Source: an uncultured delta proteobacterium | Lineage (GTDB): Bacteria; Desulfobacterota; Binatia; UBA9968 | Direction of reading: 5' to 3' | NCBI GenBank assembly: GCA_963801935.1 | Contig: CAWDHA010000014.1 | Span: forward strand, 6,608-70,607 | DNA length: 64,000 nucleotides | Shown: in pieces, positions 34,871 through 44,468 of the stretch | Layout: each line of letters opens with the position of its first letter | Position numbering within the stretch: position 1 is the first letter of the stretch | Translations under genes and position numbers: made by a program | The notes under the pieces: model-generated | What the model was told of the DNA's origin: nothing | Databases searched by the model: none | Seen by the model: the letters and a program-made list of their open reading frames with translations, nothing else

Positions 34871-35869
34871 ATGAGACGAATCCTGTTGCTCGCAATCATC
34901 TTTTGTTTTGCCGGTTGGGAATCGTCTCTTCCTGCCGCCACTGTCGAAGACAACCTGATCGCCGGCGCTAAAAAAGAAGGCGCGCTGGTCCTTTACCTTT
35001 CCACCAACCTTACCGATGCCAACGGTTTGGTCCAGCTCTATAAATCCAAGTATCCCTTCGTCAAAGTCGACATGTTTCGCGCCGACAACGAGAAACTGTT
35101 GAATCGCATCCTGACCGAATCGGTGGCCAACAGGTTCAATGGCGACGCGATCATGATCAGCAGTTTCGAAGTCCGCGTGTTGTTGCAGAAAAAGCTTCTG
35201 CAACGCTATGTTTCGCCGCACGCCAAATACTATCCCGAAGGCTTCACCGATAAGGAAGGCTATTGGACCAGCGTTTACTCGATACCCCGGGTCATCGCCT
35301 ACAACACCAATCTCGCCAAGCCCGACGTCGCGCCGAAGAGTTGGGAAGACATACTCCAGCCGCGTTGGAAAGGCGGTTTTGGCCTGTCCGATAGCGCTAC
35401 CCTTTGGTACACCGGCTTCATGAAATATCTCGGCGAAGAGAAAGGCCGCGACTTCATGCGCAAGCTCGCGACTCAGAAGCCGGCGTTTCGCGACGGCGAA
35501 AGCATCGTCATGCAACTGCTCGCCGCCGGCGAGTTTCCTCTCGGTATGGTTTACTCGCACCAAGTGGCAACCCTGAAGCGGCGCGGTGCGCCGGTCGACT
35601 GGGTGCGCACCGCCCAACCCATCGTCACCGGCTTAAAACCCCTGGGCATCAGCGCCAAAACCCAAAATCCCAATGCAGCCAAGCTGTTCATTGACATGGT
35701 CCTATCAAAAGAAGGCCAGGAGCTGATCAAGAGCTTCAACCGCATCCCCGACCGCGGCGACGTCACCTCCGAGTTGAAAGAGGGCCTCAAACTCTACCCG
35801 GCTGATCCGCGCTGGGGCGACAGCTATGCAAAACATGTCGAAGAGTTTCGTGAGATATTTTTTAAGTAA
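34871..35869 (+). CDS. Periplasmic solute-binding protein (family-1 ABC type, iron/polyamine-like), orphan
   Basis: Signal peptide MRRILLLAIIFCFAGWESSLPAA and a PBP-type layout. No permease or ATPase gene is adjacent. The ATG at 34871 is preferred over 34808. Confidence 0.65.
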   Translation: MRRILLLAIIFCFAGWESSLPAATVEDNLIAGAKKEGALVLYLSTNLTDANGLVQLYKSKYPFVKVDMFRADNEKLLNRILTESVANRFNGDAIMISSFEVRVLLQKKLLQRYVSPHAKYYPEGFTDKEGYWTSVYSIPRVIAYNTNLAKPDVAPKSWEDILQPRWKGGFGLSDSATLWYTGFMKYLGEEKGRDFMRKLATQKPAFRDGESIVMQLLAAGEFPLGMVYSHQVATLKRRGAPVDWVRTAQPIVTGLKPLGISAKTQNPNAAKLFIDMVLSKEGQELIKSFNRIPDRGDVTSELKEGLKLYPADPRWGDSYAKHVEEFREIFFK

Positions 35870-36257
35870 CGAGGCTGTGCATGAGAATAACCCCTTCCCC
35901 GTTTCCCTTCGTCCGGTTCATGCCCGATATCAACTCGGATGCCTGATGTGAAAACGATCGGAAAGCCGTGTGCGGGATAATTGCAAGTACGGTTTGACGA
36001 GGGTAAACAGGACTGTGTTATAAGATGATGCTAAACGGGCGCGCAGTCGGAAACGACGGAAACGGCCAAGCTTAAACCTAAAGAACGTTGCGCCTGTTTT
36101 CTACTCTACCGTTTCCCCGTGCATCAGCGTGAAGCGTAATCAACCTGACGCCCACCCGTCCCCTGGACAGTAACGTCCATTTACACTTTCTATCGTCCCT
36201 TTTGTTTCTCGTCTAATCAGGATCAGCGGAAGAAATCTGCTAAGCTTTCCGAAAACC

Positions 36258-37457
36258 ATGTTCGATCGCCTTCGCTCGACCGCGCTGACAAGATTCATCC
36301 TGCTTTATGCCGCCATGTATGCAGCATTCGGAGTCGCTTCTCCATTTCTACCTGGCTTTATCAACGCGCGGGGGTTGCCGCCCGAGCAACTCGGGCTCGT
36401 GCTTGGCGCCGGCACGGCCGTGCGCTTGCTGACGGCGCCGCTCGCGGGCCGCATCGGCGACTTGATCCAGTCGCTCCGCATCGTACTCGTCGTCTGTACC
36501 GCGCTTGCCGCTTCGGTGACTTTGGGCTATCTCACGGCGCAGGGATTTTGGATTGTGCTTGGGGTGAGCTTGCTGCATGCCGCGTCCCTGGCGCCCATTA
36601 CCATTTTAGCGGATGCACTGGCGCTCGGGTCCGCCTCTTCGCCGCCGAGCGGCAGCCGGCGCGGCTTCGAGTATGGATGGGTGCGCGGCACCGGCTCGGC
36701 TGCTTTCATCTTCGGCACTTTGCTGTCCGGGCAGGTGGTCAGCGCATTTGGCCTCGACCTAATCATTTGGCAACAGGCCTTGCTGCTTGGCACGGCAGCT
36801 CTTGCCGCGATCCTCGTGCCGGAACTGAGTCACGATCGCACAGTCGATGCCGTGGGAGCGCCGGTAGGCGGTGTCATCATTCTGCTCCGGCTGCCGATGT
36901 TTCGGCAGCTTGTTGTTGTGGCAGCGCTTATCCTCGGCAGCCACGCCATGCATGACGCATTTGCGGTTATCCGCTGGAGTGCCTCAGGCATCAGCCCGGC
37001 TATCGCGAGCGTGCTTTGGTCGGAGTCGGTCGCTGCAGAAGTGCTCGTGTTCTTCATGATCGGCCCGCCGCTCGTGACGCGCCTGACGCCGGCCGGCGCG
37101 CTCGCCGTCGCGGCCCTGGGAGGCATACTGCGGTGGGCAGTAATGGCGCAAACAACCGATGCGCTGGCGCTTGCGCTAGTGCAGCCGCTGCACGGCATCA
37201 CCTTTGCGCTGCTTCATCTCGCCTGCATGCGTCTGATCGCAGAGACCGTGCCGCCAGGTCTCGAAGGGACGGCGCAGGCGATCTACGGCACGGTCGGCAT
37301 TGGGGTAACGACGGCATTGCTCACCCTTGCCTCCGGCGTGCTCTATGCGCGCCTGGACGCGCAAGGGTTTTGGATCATGGCTGCGCTGTGTGCGCTTGCC
37401 TTCCCGTTGACCTGGAAGCTGAGGCCAGCTGGGTCCGCCGAAAGCCGCAGTCAATAA
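36258..37457 (+). CDS. MFS transporter (MFS_1_like / HcaT-like)
   Basis: 399 aa with about 12 predicted TM segments and the N-terminus ...FILLYAAMYAAFGVASPFLPGF...LAGRIGD. Confidence 0.75.
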   Translation: MFDRLRSTALTRFILLYAAMYAAFGVASPFLPGFINARGLPPEQLGLVLGAGTAVRLLTAPLAGRIGDLIQSLRIVLVVCTALAASVTLGYLTAQGFWIVLGVSLLHAASLAPITILADALALGSASSPPSGSRRGFEYGWVRGTGSAAFIFGTLLSGQVVSAFGLDLIIWQQALLLGTAALAAILVPELSHDRTVDAVGAPVGGVIILLRLPMFRQLVVVAALILGSHAMHDAFAVIRWSASGISPAIASVLWSESVAAEVLVFFMIGPPLVTRLTPAGALAVAALGGILRWAVMAQTTDALALALVQPLHGITFALLHLACMRLIAETVPPGLEGTAQAIYGTVGIGVTTALLTLASGVLYARLDAQGFWIMAALCALAFPLTWKLRPAGSAESRSQ

Positions 37458-37555
37458 GCTCGTTGGGGAGACTCACAATTATTCTCCCGGCCAAGTCGCA
37501 GGGGCATGGGGCAGAAACCAGCTAGTGATGGAGCTATTGCATCGATACAGGGGCT

Positions 37556-37721
37556 TAAGCAGCCCGTGGTGAAAGTCTGACGGCATTCGACGGGCGATGC
37601 ATCCCTGTGGCTGCGTTGCTCCTCGCTCAAATATTCCCCGATATTCTCGGTCGTCGCGCCTTGCCATCAGGGCGTCTCGACCGTCTCGGTGCGGCGCCAC
37701 ACTTTCACTACGGGCTGCTAG
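37556..37721 (+). repeat. F1 element, copy 3
   Basis: TAAGCAGCCCGTGGTGAAAGTCTGAC...CACACTTTCACTACGGGCTGCTAG aligns with copies 1 and 2. Confidence 0.85.
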
Positions 37722-37942
37722 CAGCAGATGATCGGTGAACGATTTGGCTGAGGGAATGGTGAGCCGCAATCGCAGAGGTGACTTGGCAAGAGATCGAACC
37801 CGAAGATCCGAAAGTGGTTTCAGGATCTCGCGACGGTAAGTACCTAAATCAAATTTCCTTTTACCTTCCTGTGTACCTGCACTGCGAAACTGTCGGAGAA
37901 CACTGCAAACCCGGTCACATAGTCAAAAATAAAAGACTGACC

Positions 37943-38317
37943 CTATGCGGTGCGGCGAATACCGCGCCGCAGGCGAGGCGCGAAGTGCCGAAGGTTACCG
38001 GTGACGAGAAAATCCGCGGCTCCATCTATCGCAACTTCAAGAAACTTTCCATCGGCGGCATCGGCGAGCTCCACCCTTGCTGTTATGGTGTAAACCCGTT
38101 CACTGGAGTGCAAAAGAAAATCCAGTAGGTGCTCAACCGTGTCCGGCGCGAAACCAAACTCCGCTCGGAGCAGCACGTCTTGATACTCAGCAAAGATGCG
38201 ATGGTCGATGAGCAGTTTCGCCTGATGGCTTAAAATAAGGTCGAGAATACGAGCGGGTATTCCTTTCGGCTGGATCAGAGCGGACACTAATACGTTGGTG
38301 TCCACGACGATCTTCAA
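37943..38317 (-). CDS. PIN-domain toxin
   Basis: MKIVVDTNVLVSAL...DGKFLEVAIDGAADFLVTGNLRHF; 124 aa. Confidence 0.8.
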   Translation of the reverse strand: MKIVVDTNVLVSALIQPKGIPARILDLILSHQAKLLIDHRIFAEYQDVLLRAEFGFAPDTVEHLLDFLLHSSERVYTITARVELADAADGKFLEVAIDGAADFLVTGNLRHFAPRLRRGIRRTA

Positions 38318-38634
38318 CGTCTACCTTCGCCAGCCACTCTGCGCTTCCCGTGACGCCCTTTACGAATGATCTCATCCACGTCCTTTGCAGACCATTTATT
38401 CAGGCCGCGCGCCAGGGCAGCGCGGCGCATCTCCATCACGGCCCGTTGCGCACGCCCAGCTCGGAGCGAGGCGAGAACATCTTCCAAACTACTTTCGTCG
38501 GCGCGCGTCAGTACTGCGATCGGGCGGCCATTGGAAGTGATGACCAAATCTTTCACTTCCTCCAGTTTTCTCCATACCGTTCCAGGACTGATCCGCAGCT
38601 CGCGGCTAGAAACAAACTTCACGGCATCCTCCAT
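38314..38634 (-). CDS. Phd/YefM-type antitoxin
   Basis: ...FVSSRELRISPGTVWRKLEE...LVITSNGRPIAVL...; there is a 4-nt overlap with the PIN gene. Confidence 0.7.
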   Translation of the reverse strand: MEDAVKFVSSRELRISPGTVWRKLEEVKDLVITSNGRPIAVLTRADESSLEDVLASLRAGRAQRAVMEMRRAALARGLNKWSAKDVDEIIRKGRHGKRRVAGEGRR

Positions 38635-38993
38635 TGCGCTACAATTTGTCTACATTTAGTCTACACCGGTGCTTGGCCGAGCCGCAAGAATGGGGATCAA
38701 CTCATTGGAATGTAACCAACGGGCTTTTCGTAAGTTTGCCTGTCGGATTCCCTCGCTCACCCCAGTAGCCATTTTTTCGCCACAACTTAGCGAGCGGATG
38801 TGACACATCAGATCAGCCTTTGGATTATTTCCGACAGTCGGCTTCACCGATTTCGGCAGCCCAGAAATCCTATGGACTGGAAGCGGAGCGCCATGCCTGT
38901 GTTTGTCGGTTGACAGCGCAAGCGCTTACGGCGTAGATTCGGCGCGCCGTTCTGAAGAGAGTCTGTCGATACGCCGGCTGCAGGAGGAAGCAA

Positions 38994-40091
38994 ATGAAAA
39001 AGAGCCGAACCCAGTGGCGGACAAGGATGCTGTTCTGGATGGCCGTGTCAGTCGGCCTAGCACCGGGCCTTGCGCATACGCAGAATAATTTTTATGCCGG
39101 CAAGACGGTTACGGTGATCCAGGGAACCGAGGCCGGCGGCAGCTCTGATATGTTGACCCGCGCGGTTCTGCCTTATCTGAAAAAGTATATCCCGGGGGAG
39201 CCGACCGTCGTCTCTGAATACATGCCGGGCGCCGGCGGGCTCAAGGCGGTCAACCATGTTTACAAAAACGTCCGGCCCGATGGTCTCACGATCGGCCGCG
39301 CCGGCGGCGCGCTGGTGACCAATGCCGTGCTCGGAGAGAACGGCGTCCTGTACGACATCAACAAGCTCATTTACCTCGGCTCACCTCACAAGACCTATCA
39401 CTGGGTTTTCATCACGCGGCGCGAGGCCGGTCTCAAAACCATCGCAGCGCTCCAATCCGCGAGCGGATTTCGCATCGGCGCCCAGGCCGTCGGTCATTCA
39501 AATTATTTTGTCGGCCGGCTCTTCGCTTATCTAATCGGCATCAAGGATCCCAAAATGATCGTCGGCTACGGCGGCGCCGAACTGGACCTCGCCTTGACCA
39601 AGGGGGAGATCGATGGCCGCATCAACAACGCGGACACGATGCTTACGCGCAACGCCGATTTGTTGGCCAACAACACCATCGACGTCCACGCGATCATGGA
39701 GGTGCCGCGCGGCTTGAAGCACGAAAAGTTTTCCAACTTGCCTGAAATCACCGCGTTCGCAAAGTCGGAAAACGAGCGCAAGTTACTTGACATGGTAAGC
39801 GCCTTTCGCCAGTTCGGCTCGCCGTTCTTCCTGCCGCCGGGCACGCCAAAGGAACAGGTCAAGATTCTTCAAGAGGCGATGGTCAAGACCTTTAACGATT
39901 CGGCTTTTCACAAAGATTACAAAAAGTTTACCGGCGACGAAGCGTCACCGCTCATGCCGCATGAGATGGAGAAATTGGTAAATGAGATGCCGCGCGATGC
40001 GGAAATCGTCGAGCTGTTTAAGAAGTTAAATGGCGCCGGTCCGATGCCGGTACCGGTAGAAAGAAGGTTCCAATCGTTCGAGCCGTTATAA
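38994..40091 (+). CDS. TctC-like tripartite tricarboxylate transporter substrate-binding protein, paralog 1
   Basis: Signal peptide, then FYAGKTVTVIQGTEAGGSSDMLTRAVLPYLKKYIPGEPTVVSEYMPGAGG...RPDGLTIG. It lies in a locus with tctA and tctB. The C-terminal tail runs into a repeat. Confidence 0.7.
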   Translation: MKKSRTQWRTRMLFWMAVSVGLAPGLAHTQNNFYAGKTVTVIQGTEAGGSSDMLTRAVLPYLKKYIPGEPTVVSEYMPGAGGLKAVNHVYKNVRPDGLTIGRAGGALVTNAVLGENGVLYDINKLIYLGSPHKTYHWVFITRREAGLKTIAALQSASGFRIGAQAVGHSNYFVGRLFAYLIGIKDPKMIVGYGGAELDLALTKGEIDGRINNADTMLTRNADLLANNTIDVHAIMEVPRGLKHEKFSNLPEITAFAKSENERKLLDMVSAFRQFGSPFFLPPGTPKEQVKILQEAMVKTFNDSAFHKDYKKFTGDEASPLMPHEMEKLVNEMPRDAEIVELFKKLNGAGPMPVPVERRFQSFEPL

Positions 40092-40127
40092 TCGTTCAAA
40101 TCGTTCGTCGGTTCACGGATCATGAGT

Positions 40128-40157
40128 GTAGGGGCGGGTTTTGAACCCGCCCTCTCC
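40128..40157 (+). repeat. Shared hairpin GTAGGGGCGGGTTTTGAACCCGCCC (copy without T-tract)
   Basis: The same stem occurs at 47016-47040, 48826-48852 and 60208-60233. Confidence 0.7.
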
Positions 40158-40567
40158 CCGTATCGCGCACGGTTCCGGTCAAAGTCGTGTTGAAGAGATT
40201 AAAAATCCCTCTAAATCTCCCTTTACAAAGGGAGACTTTCTATTCTCGCCCCTTCAAGAGAGTGTGTCGCGATGTCATTCCGAGGCCTTTCGACTTACTC
40301 GGATAAATGCAGCCGAGGAATCTCATCTTGGTCACAGTTTGAAAAGACGAGATCCTTTTCACCGATTGCGACGCATTCCGTTAAAGGGGGAGAAGGCGGG
40401 ATTTGGGCTAGAGCTAGACGTAGTAGAGGAACGGCACGCCATAGCCTACCCTTTGACTTAAAGAATTCTACTGATAGGTTCTGGCTGCAAAGGAGCGGCG
40501 AGCGCTATCCGCCGTATTGATTCCACTCGTGCCCCATTCATTTCATCCAGACAAAAGGAGAACGGCC

Positions 40568-41644
40568 ATGCGGTTGAGTAGATCGAGGACAACACCCGGA
40601 TTGGGCTCAACTCTTCTCGCCCTTTATTTACTATGCTTTTTTCCCGCTTCCGGTATTTCACAGGAATCATTTTTTAAAGGTAAGACCATCACGATCGTTC
40701 AGGGGCGAGATCCCGGCGGCACCGGCGACCTCCGGGTAAGAGCGCTAGTCCCGTTTCTGCAAAAATATATTCCTGGTAATCCAACCATAGTGATGGAGTT
40801 TATGCCCGGCGGCGGCAGCCGCAAGGCAGGGAACTACATGTTTCGCTCGGCGCGTCCGGATGGGCTCACGATCGGCAACCTGAGCGCCGGCATGGTTTCG
40901 CTTGCGGTGCTGGGCGAGACGGGAGTCCTGTACGATCTCGACAAATTTCATTATCTCGGTTCGCCCTACAGCAGTTATCATTCGGTTTTCATGAGCCGCA
41001 AAGACGCCGGTTTTAGCAGCATTGAAAAACTTCGCGCCGCCACCGGCGTTAAAGTCGGCGCGCAGTCGCTCGGCTTCTCCACTTACAATGAGGGCCGTCT
41101 GTTTGGTTACATGCTCGGCTTGAATGAGCCGCTTTTTATCGCCGCGTTTGGCGGCGCCGAGCTCGATCCGGCGCTGATGCGCGGCGAAATCGACGCCCGC
41201 GCCACCGGACCTGACACGATTCTGCAGCGCAATCGCGACTGGGTCGAAAAAGGCCTGGCCGATATCCATGCGATCATGGAGACTCCCAAGGGCGATAAGC
41301 ATGCGCATCCATTTTTCGCCAAGCTTCCCGAGATCGAAAGCTTTGCCAAGAACGACCGCGAACGCAAAGTGATTGCATTGCAGCGCGCTTTTCGCGTCAC
41401 CGGCTCGCCTTTCATTCTGCCGCCGGGCACGCCCAAGGATCGAGTCGAGATTCTCCAGGAGGCTTTTCGCAAGACCTACCGGGACCCGGAGTTCTTCAAG
41501 GAGTACAGGAAACTTACATCCGATGATCCTTCGCCGCTGCTGCCGGAGAATCATGAAAAGGCGATCAGGGAAATTCCGCGCGAGCCCGAAGTCATTGAGC
41601 TCTTTAAAAAGCTCGCCGGGCCGGCGAAACTGCCGCCGCGGTAG
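40568..41644 (+). CDS. TctC-like substrate-binding protein, paralog 2
   Basis: MRLSRSRTTPGLGSTLLALYLLCFFPASG..FFKGKTITIVQGRDPGGTGDLRVRALVPFLQKYIPGNPTIVMEFMPGGG. AAGGAG lies upstream of the ATG at 40568. Confidence 0.75.
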   Translation: MRLSRSRTTPGLGSTLLALYLLCFFPASGISQESFFKGKTITIVQGRDPGGTGDLRVRALVPFLQKYIPGNPTIVMEFMPGGGSRKAGNYMFRSARPDGLTIGNLSAGMVSLAVLGETGVLYDLDKFHYLGSPYSSYHSVFMSRKDAGFSSIEKLRAATGVKVGAQSLGFSTYNEGRLFGYMLGLNEPLFIAAFGGAELDPALMRGEIDARATGPDTILQRNRDWVEKGLADIHAIMETPKGDKHAHPFFAKLPEIESFAKNDRERKVIALQRAFRVTGSPFILPPGTPKDRVEILQEAFRKTYRDPEFFKEYRKLTSDDPSPLLPENHEKAIREIPREPEVIELFKKLAGPAKLPPR

Positions 41645-41950
41645 AGTAGTGCGCGTTCGATGGGGACTTGTTCTGACGTCATCCGGCCTTGCCCCCGCGA
41701 AAGCTGGGGCGCGAGTGACCCCCCTCTTTCTCTCCCCCTTTGCTAAGGGGAAGAAACAGTGGGGTTCCAGATTCCCGCTTCCGTGGGAACGACGATTGAA
41801 GGCTGGCTTTCCTAAAGTAAAAACAGTGATTCGCCGCGTTAGACTTGGTTCAATGTTCAAAGTTCAAGGTGAAGCTCTCAGGTATCAGCTTTCAGCACTC
41901 GCCTCCGGGCCCGAACGCTGATCGCTGAAAGCTACAGCGGGAGGCTCGCG

Positions 41951-43011
41951 ATGAAAATAAAAATGATGAATCGACTTATCTTTGCAGCGCTGTTAACGGA
42001 GCTTTTGTTACTCCCCGGCCGGCTTCAGGCGCAGGCAGACTTTTATCGCGGCAAGACGATTAGAATTGTGCACGGGCGCGACGCCGGCGGCTCGGGAGAC
42101 CTGCGGGTAAAAGCGCTGGTGCCGTTTCTGCAGAAATACATCCCCGGCAATCCGACCATCGTTCATGAGTTCATGCCGGGAGGCGGCGGTCGGAAGGCCG
42201 GCAATTATATTTTTGGACTCGGCGGCGCCCGATGGATTGACCATCGGAAACGCCGGTAGCGGCATGGTGTCGAGCGCGGTTCTCGGTGAAACCGGCGTGC
42301 AGTACGACATCGACAAATTCATTTTCCTTGGCTCGCCCTATAGTTCCACTCATTATTTTTTCTTGACGCGCAAGGAAACAGGCCTGACGACCTGGAGAAA
42401 CTGCGGTCAGCACAAGGCGTGCGCGTCGGCGCGCAGTCGGTCGGCCATACCTTTACAATATCGGCAGGCTCTTCGCCTGGGTTTTGCCGCTCAAAGACCC
42501 CAAGTTTATCAGCGGCTATTCGACTCCTGAGCGAGACGTCGCTTTCCTGGCGGGCGAACTCGACGCGCTCGGCACCACCGACGATCATCTGGTGCGCAAT
42601 CCCGACTGGATACGACGAATAAAATTGATCTGCACGCGTTGATGGAAGTTCCGCGCGGAAACAAGTATCCGCGCTTCGGTCACCTGCCCGATATCGAAAC
42701 CTTCGCCAAGTCGGATCGAGAGCGAAAAGTGCTGGCGATGTTTCGCAATCTGCGGCTTACCGGTTCGCCGTTTTTTGCATCGCCACGAACTCCCGCGGAC
42801 CGGATCGAAGTGCTCAAGCAGGCGATGAGCAAGAGCCTCACTGACCCCGAGTTTTACAAGGAGCACAGAAAGCTTGTGAGCGAGGAGCCCGACGCCGCTT
42901 TTGCCGGACGAAAATCAAAAGGCAATTCGCGAATTGCCTCGTGATGCTGAGACCATCGCGCTTTTTAACAGGCTCGCCGGACCGGCGCCGCTGCCGCCGT
43001 GCGCTGAGTAA
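41951..43011 (+). pseudogene. TctC-like paralog 3, multiply frameshifted
   Basis: Homology to the paralogs runs through frames 2>0>2>1>0>1 (e.g. ...NYIFG|SAAPDGLTIGNAGSGMV...|GVRVGAQSVGHTF|YNIGRLFAWVLPLKDPKF...|MEVPRGNKYPRF...|...LFNRLAGPAPLPP). That is at least 5 frame changes. Confidence 0.85.
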
Positions 43012-43095
43012 TAAAGTTCCAATAGTTCCAGACGTTTCAGACGTTCAACTAGATTGGCGGAGCGGAGCTACCGCCGGTAAGAGTGGAGACTCGCC

Positions 43096-44152
43096 ATGAA
43101 CATAAAAATCATGTCAGGGATTTTATCCGCGGCGCTTTTTATTCAGCTCGTCTTGCTGCCTGATTCTTCTTTACGCACAGGCCGATCTTTTATCGGGGCA
43201 AAACAATCACCATCATTCATGGCCGGTCGGCGGGGGGATCGGGCGATTTACGGGCGCGCGCGGTGACGCCGTTTCTAACCAAGTACATCCCGGGAAATCC
43301 CAACATCGTGCACGAGTACATGGACGGTGCCGGCGGGCGCAAGGCGGCCAATCACATTTTCAGTAGCGCTCGTCCCGACGGCCTGACCATTGGCAGCGTC
43401 GGCGGCGCGTGGTCGAAAGTGCCGTGCTCGGCGAAATCGGCGTGCAGTACGATCTCGACAAACTTCATTTCGTCGGCTCACCTTACAGCCGTACGCACTA
43501 TGTCCTTTTGACGCGCCGCGAGGCCGGCTTTCGAACCCTCGATAAACTCCAGCAAGCCTCGGGCGTGCGCTTGGGCTCTCAAGCGGTCGGTCACACCAAC
43601 TATACCGTCGGCCGGATTATGGCTTGGCTCCTCGGGCTCAAAGAGATTAAGGAAGTCATCGGCTTTGCGAATCCGGAGCGCAGGGCCGCGTTGATACGCG
43701 GCGAGATCGACGGCTTGGCGAGCTCGGATGATATTTTGTCTCGCGATACCGACTGGCTTGAGAAAGATCTAATCGATCTTCATGTCATCGTTGCCATTCC
43801 CAGAGAGGAAAAACATCCGCGTCTTTCCCATTTGCCGGAGCTCGACGGCTTTGTCAAAACCGAGCGCGAGCGCAAGCTGCTGACCATGTTCCGCAATTTC
43901 AGATTGACCGGCGCGCCATACATTCTTCCTCCAGCCATGCCCAAGGATCGGATAGAAATCATCAAAGAAGCCCTGCGCAAGAGTTTCAAAGATCCCGAGT
44001 TTTTCAAGGAATATCGCAAGGTCGGCGGCGAAGATCCGACTCCGCTTACGCCGGAAGCAAATGAGAAGGCGATCCGTGAGTTGCCGAGGGACCGGGAGGC
44101 GGTGGAACTTTTCAAAAAATTCGCCGGCGCGGGCCCGTTGCCGGCGCGCTAG
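43096..44152 (+). pseudogene. TctC-like paralog 4, with at least 2 frameshifts
   Basis: The ATG at 43096 gives MNIKIMSGILSAALFIQLVLLP.... Homology shifts at about 43190 (T-run) to FYRGKTITIIHGRSAGGSGDLRARAVTPFLTKYIPGNP... and again at about 43408 to ORF 43409..44152. Confidence 0.7.
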
Positions 44153-44160
44153 GGCTTGCG

Positions 44161-44232
44161 GCCGTTCAGCGTTCAACGTTCAAAGTTCAATGTCCGCGCC
44201 CAACTTTGAACCTTAAACCTTGAAATTTGAAC
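44161..44232. repeat. GTTCAA-type short-tandem-repeat hairpin
   Basis: GCCGTTCAGCGTTCAACGTTCAAAGTTCAATG...CAACTTTGAACCTTAAACCTTGAAATTTGAACC. Confidence 0.75.
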
Positions 44233-44468
44233 CGAGCGCTGCCGGCGCGCTAACCTCAACGTTAAGGACGCTTCAACAAGTAGGGGCAGTTTCAAACCGG
44301 CCTCTTTGTCAACGCATTATAAACGCTCTTTTGCTTCTTGATTGCTGTTCACTTCTGTGGCATCCCTAGTGCGCTTGAGAACGGCGCAGGGCCCGGTTCC
44401 GGAGCTGACGAGAGAACAACTTCGCAATTACCGTTGCTAAAGGAATCAGCAACCAAGGAGCAGCCAAA

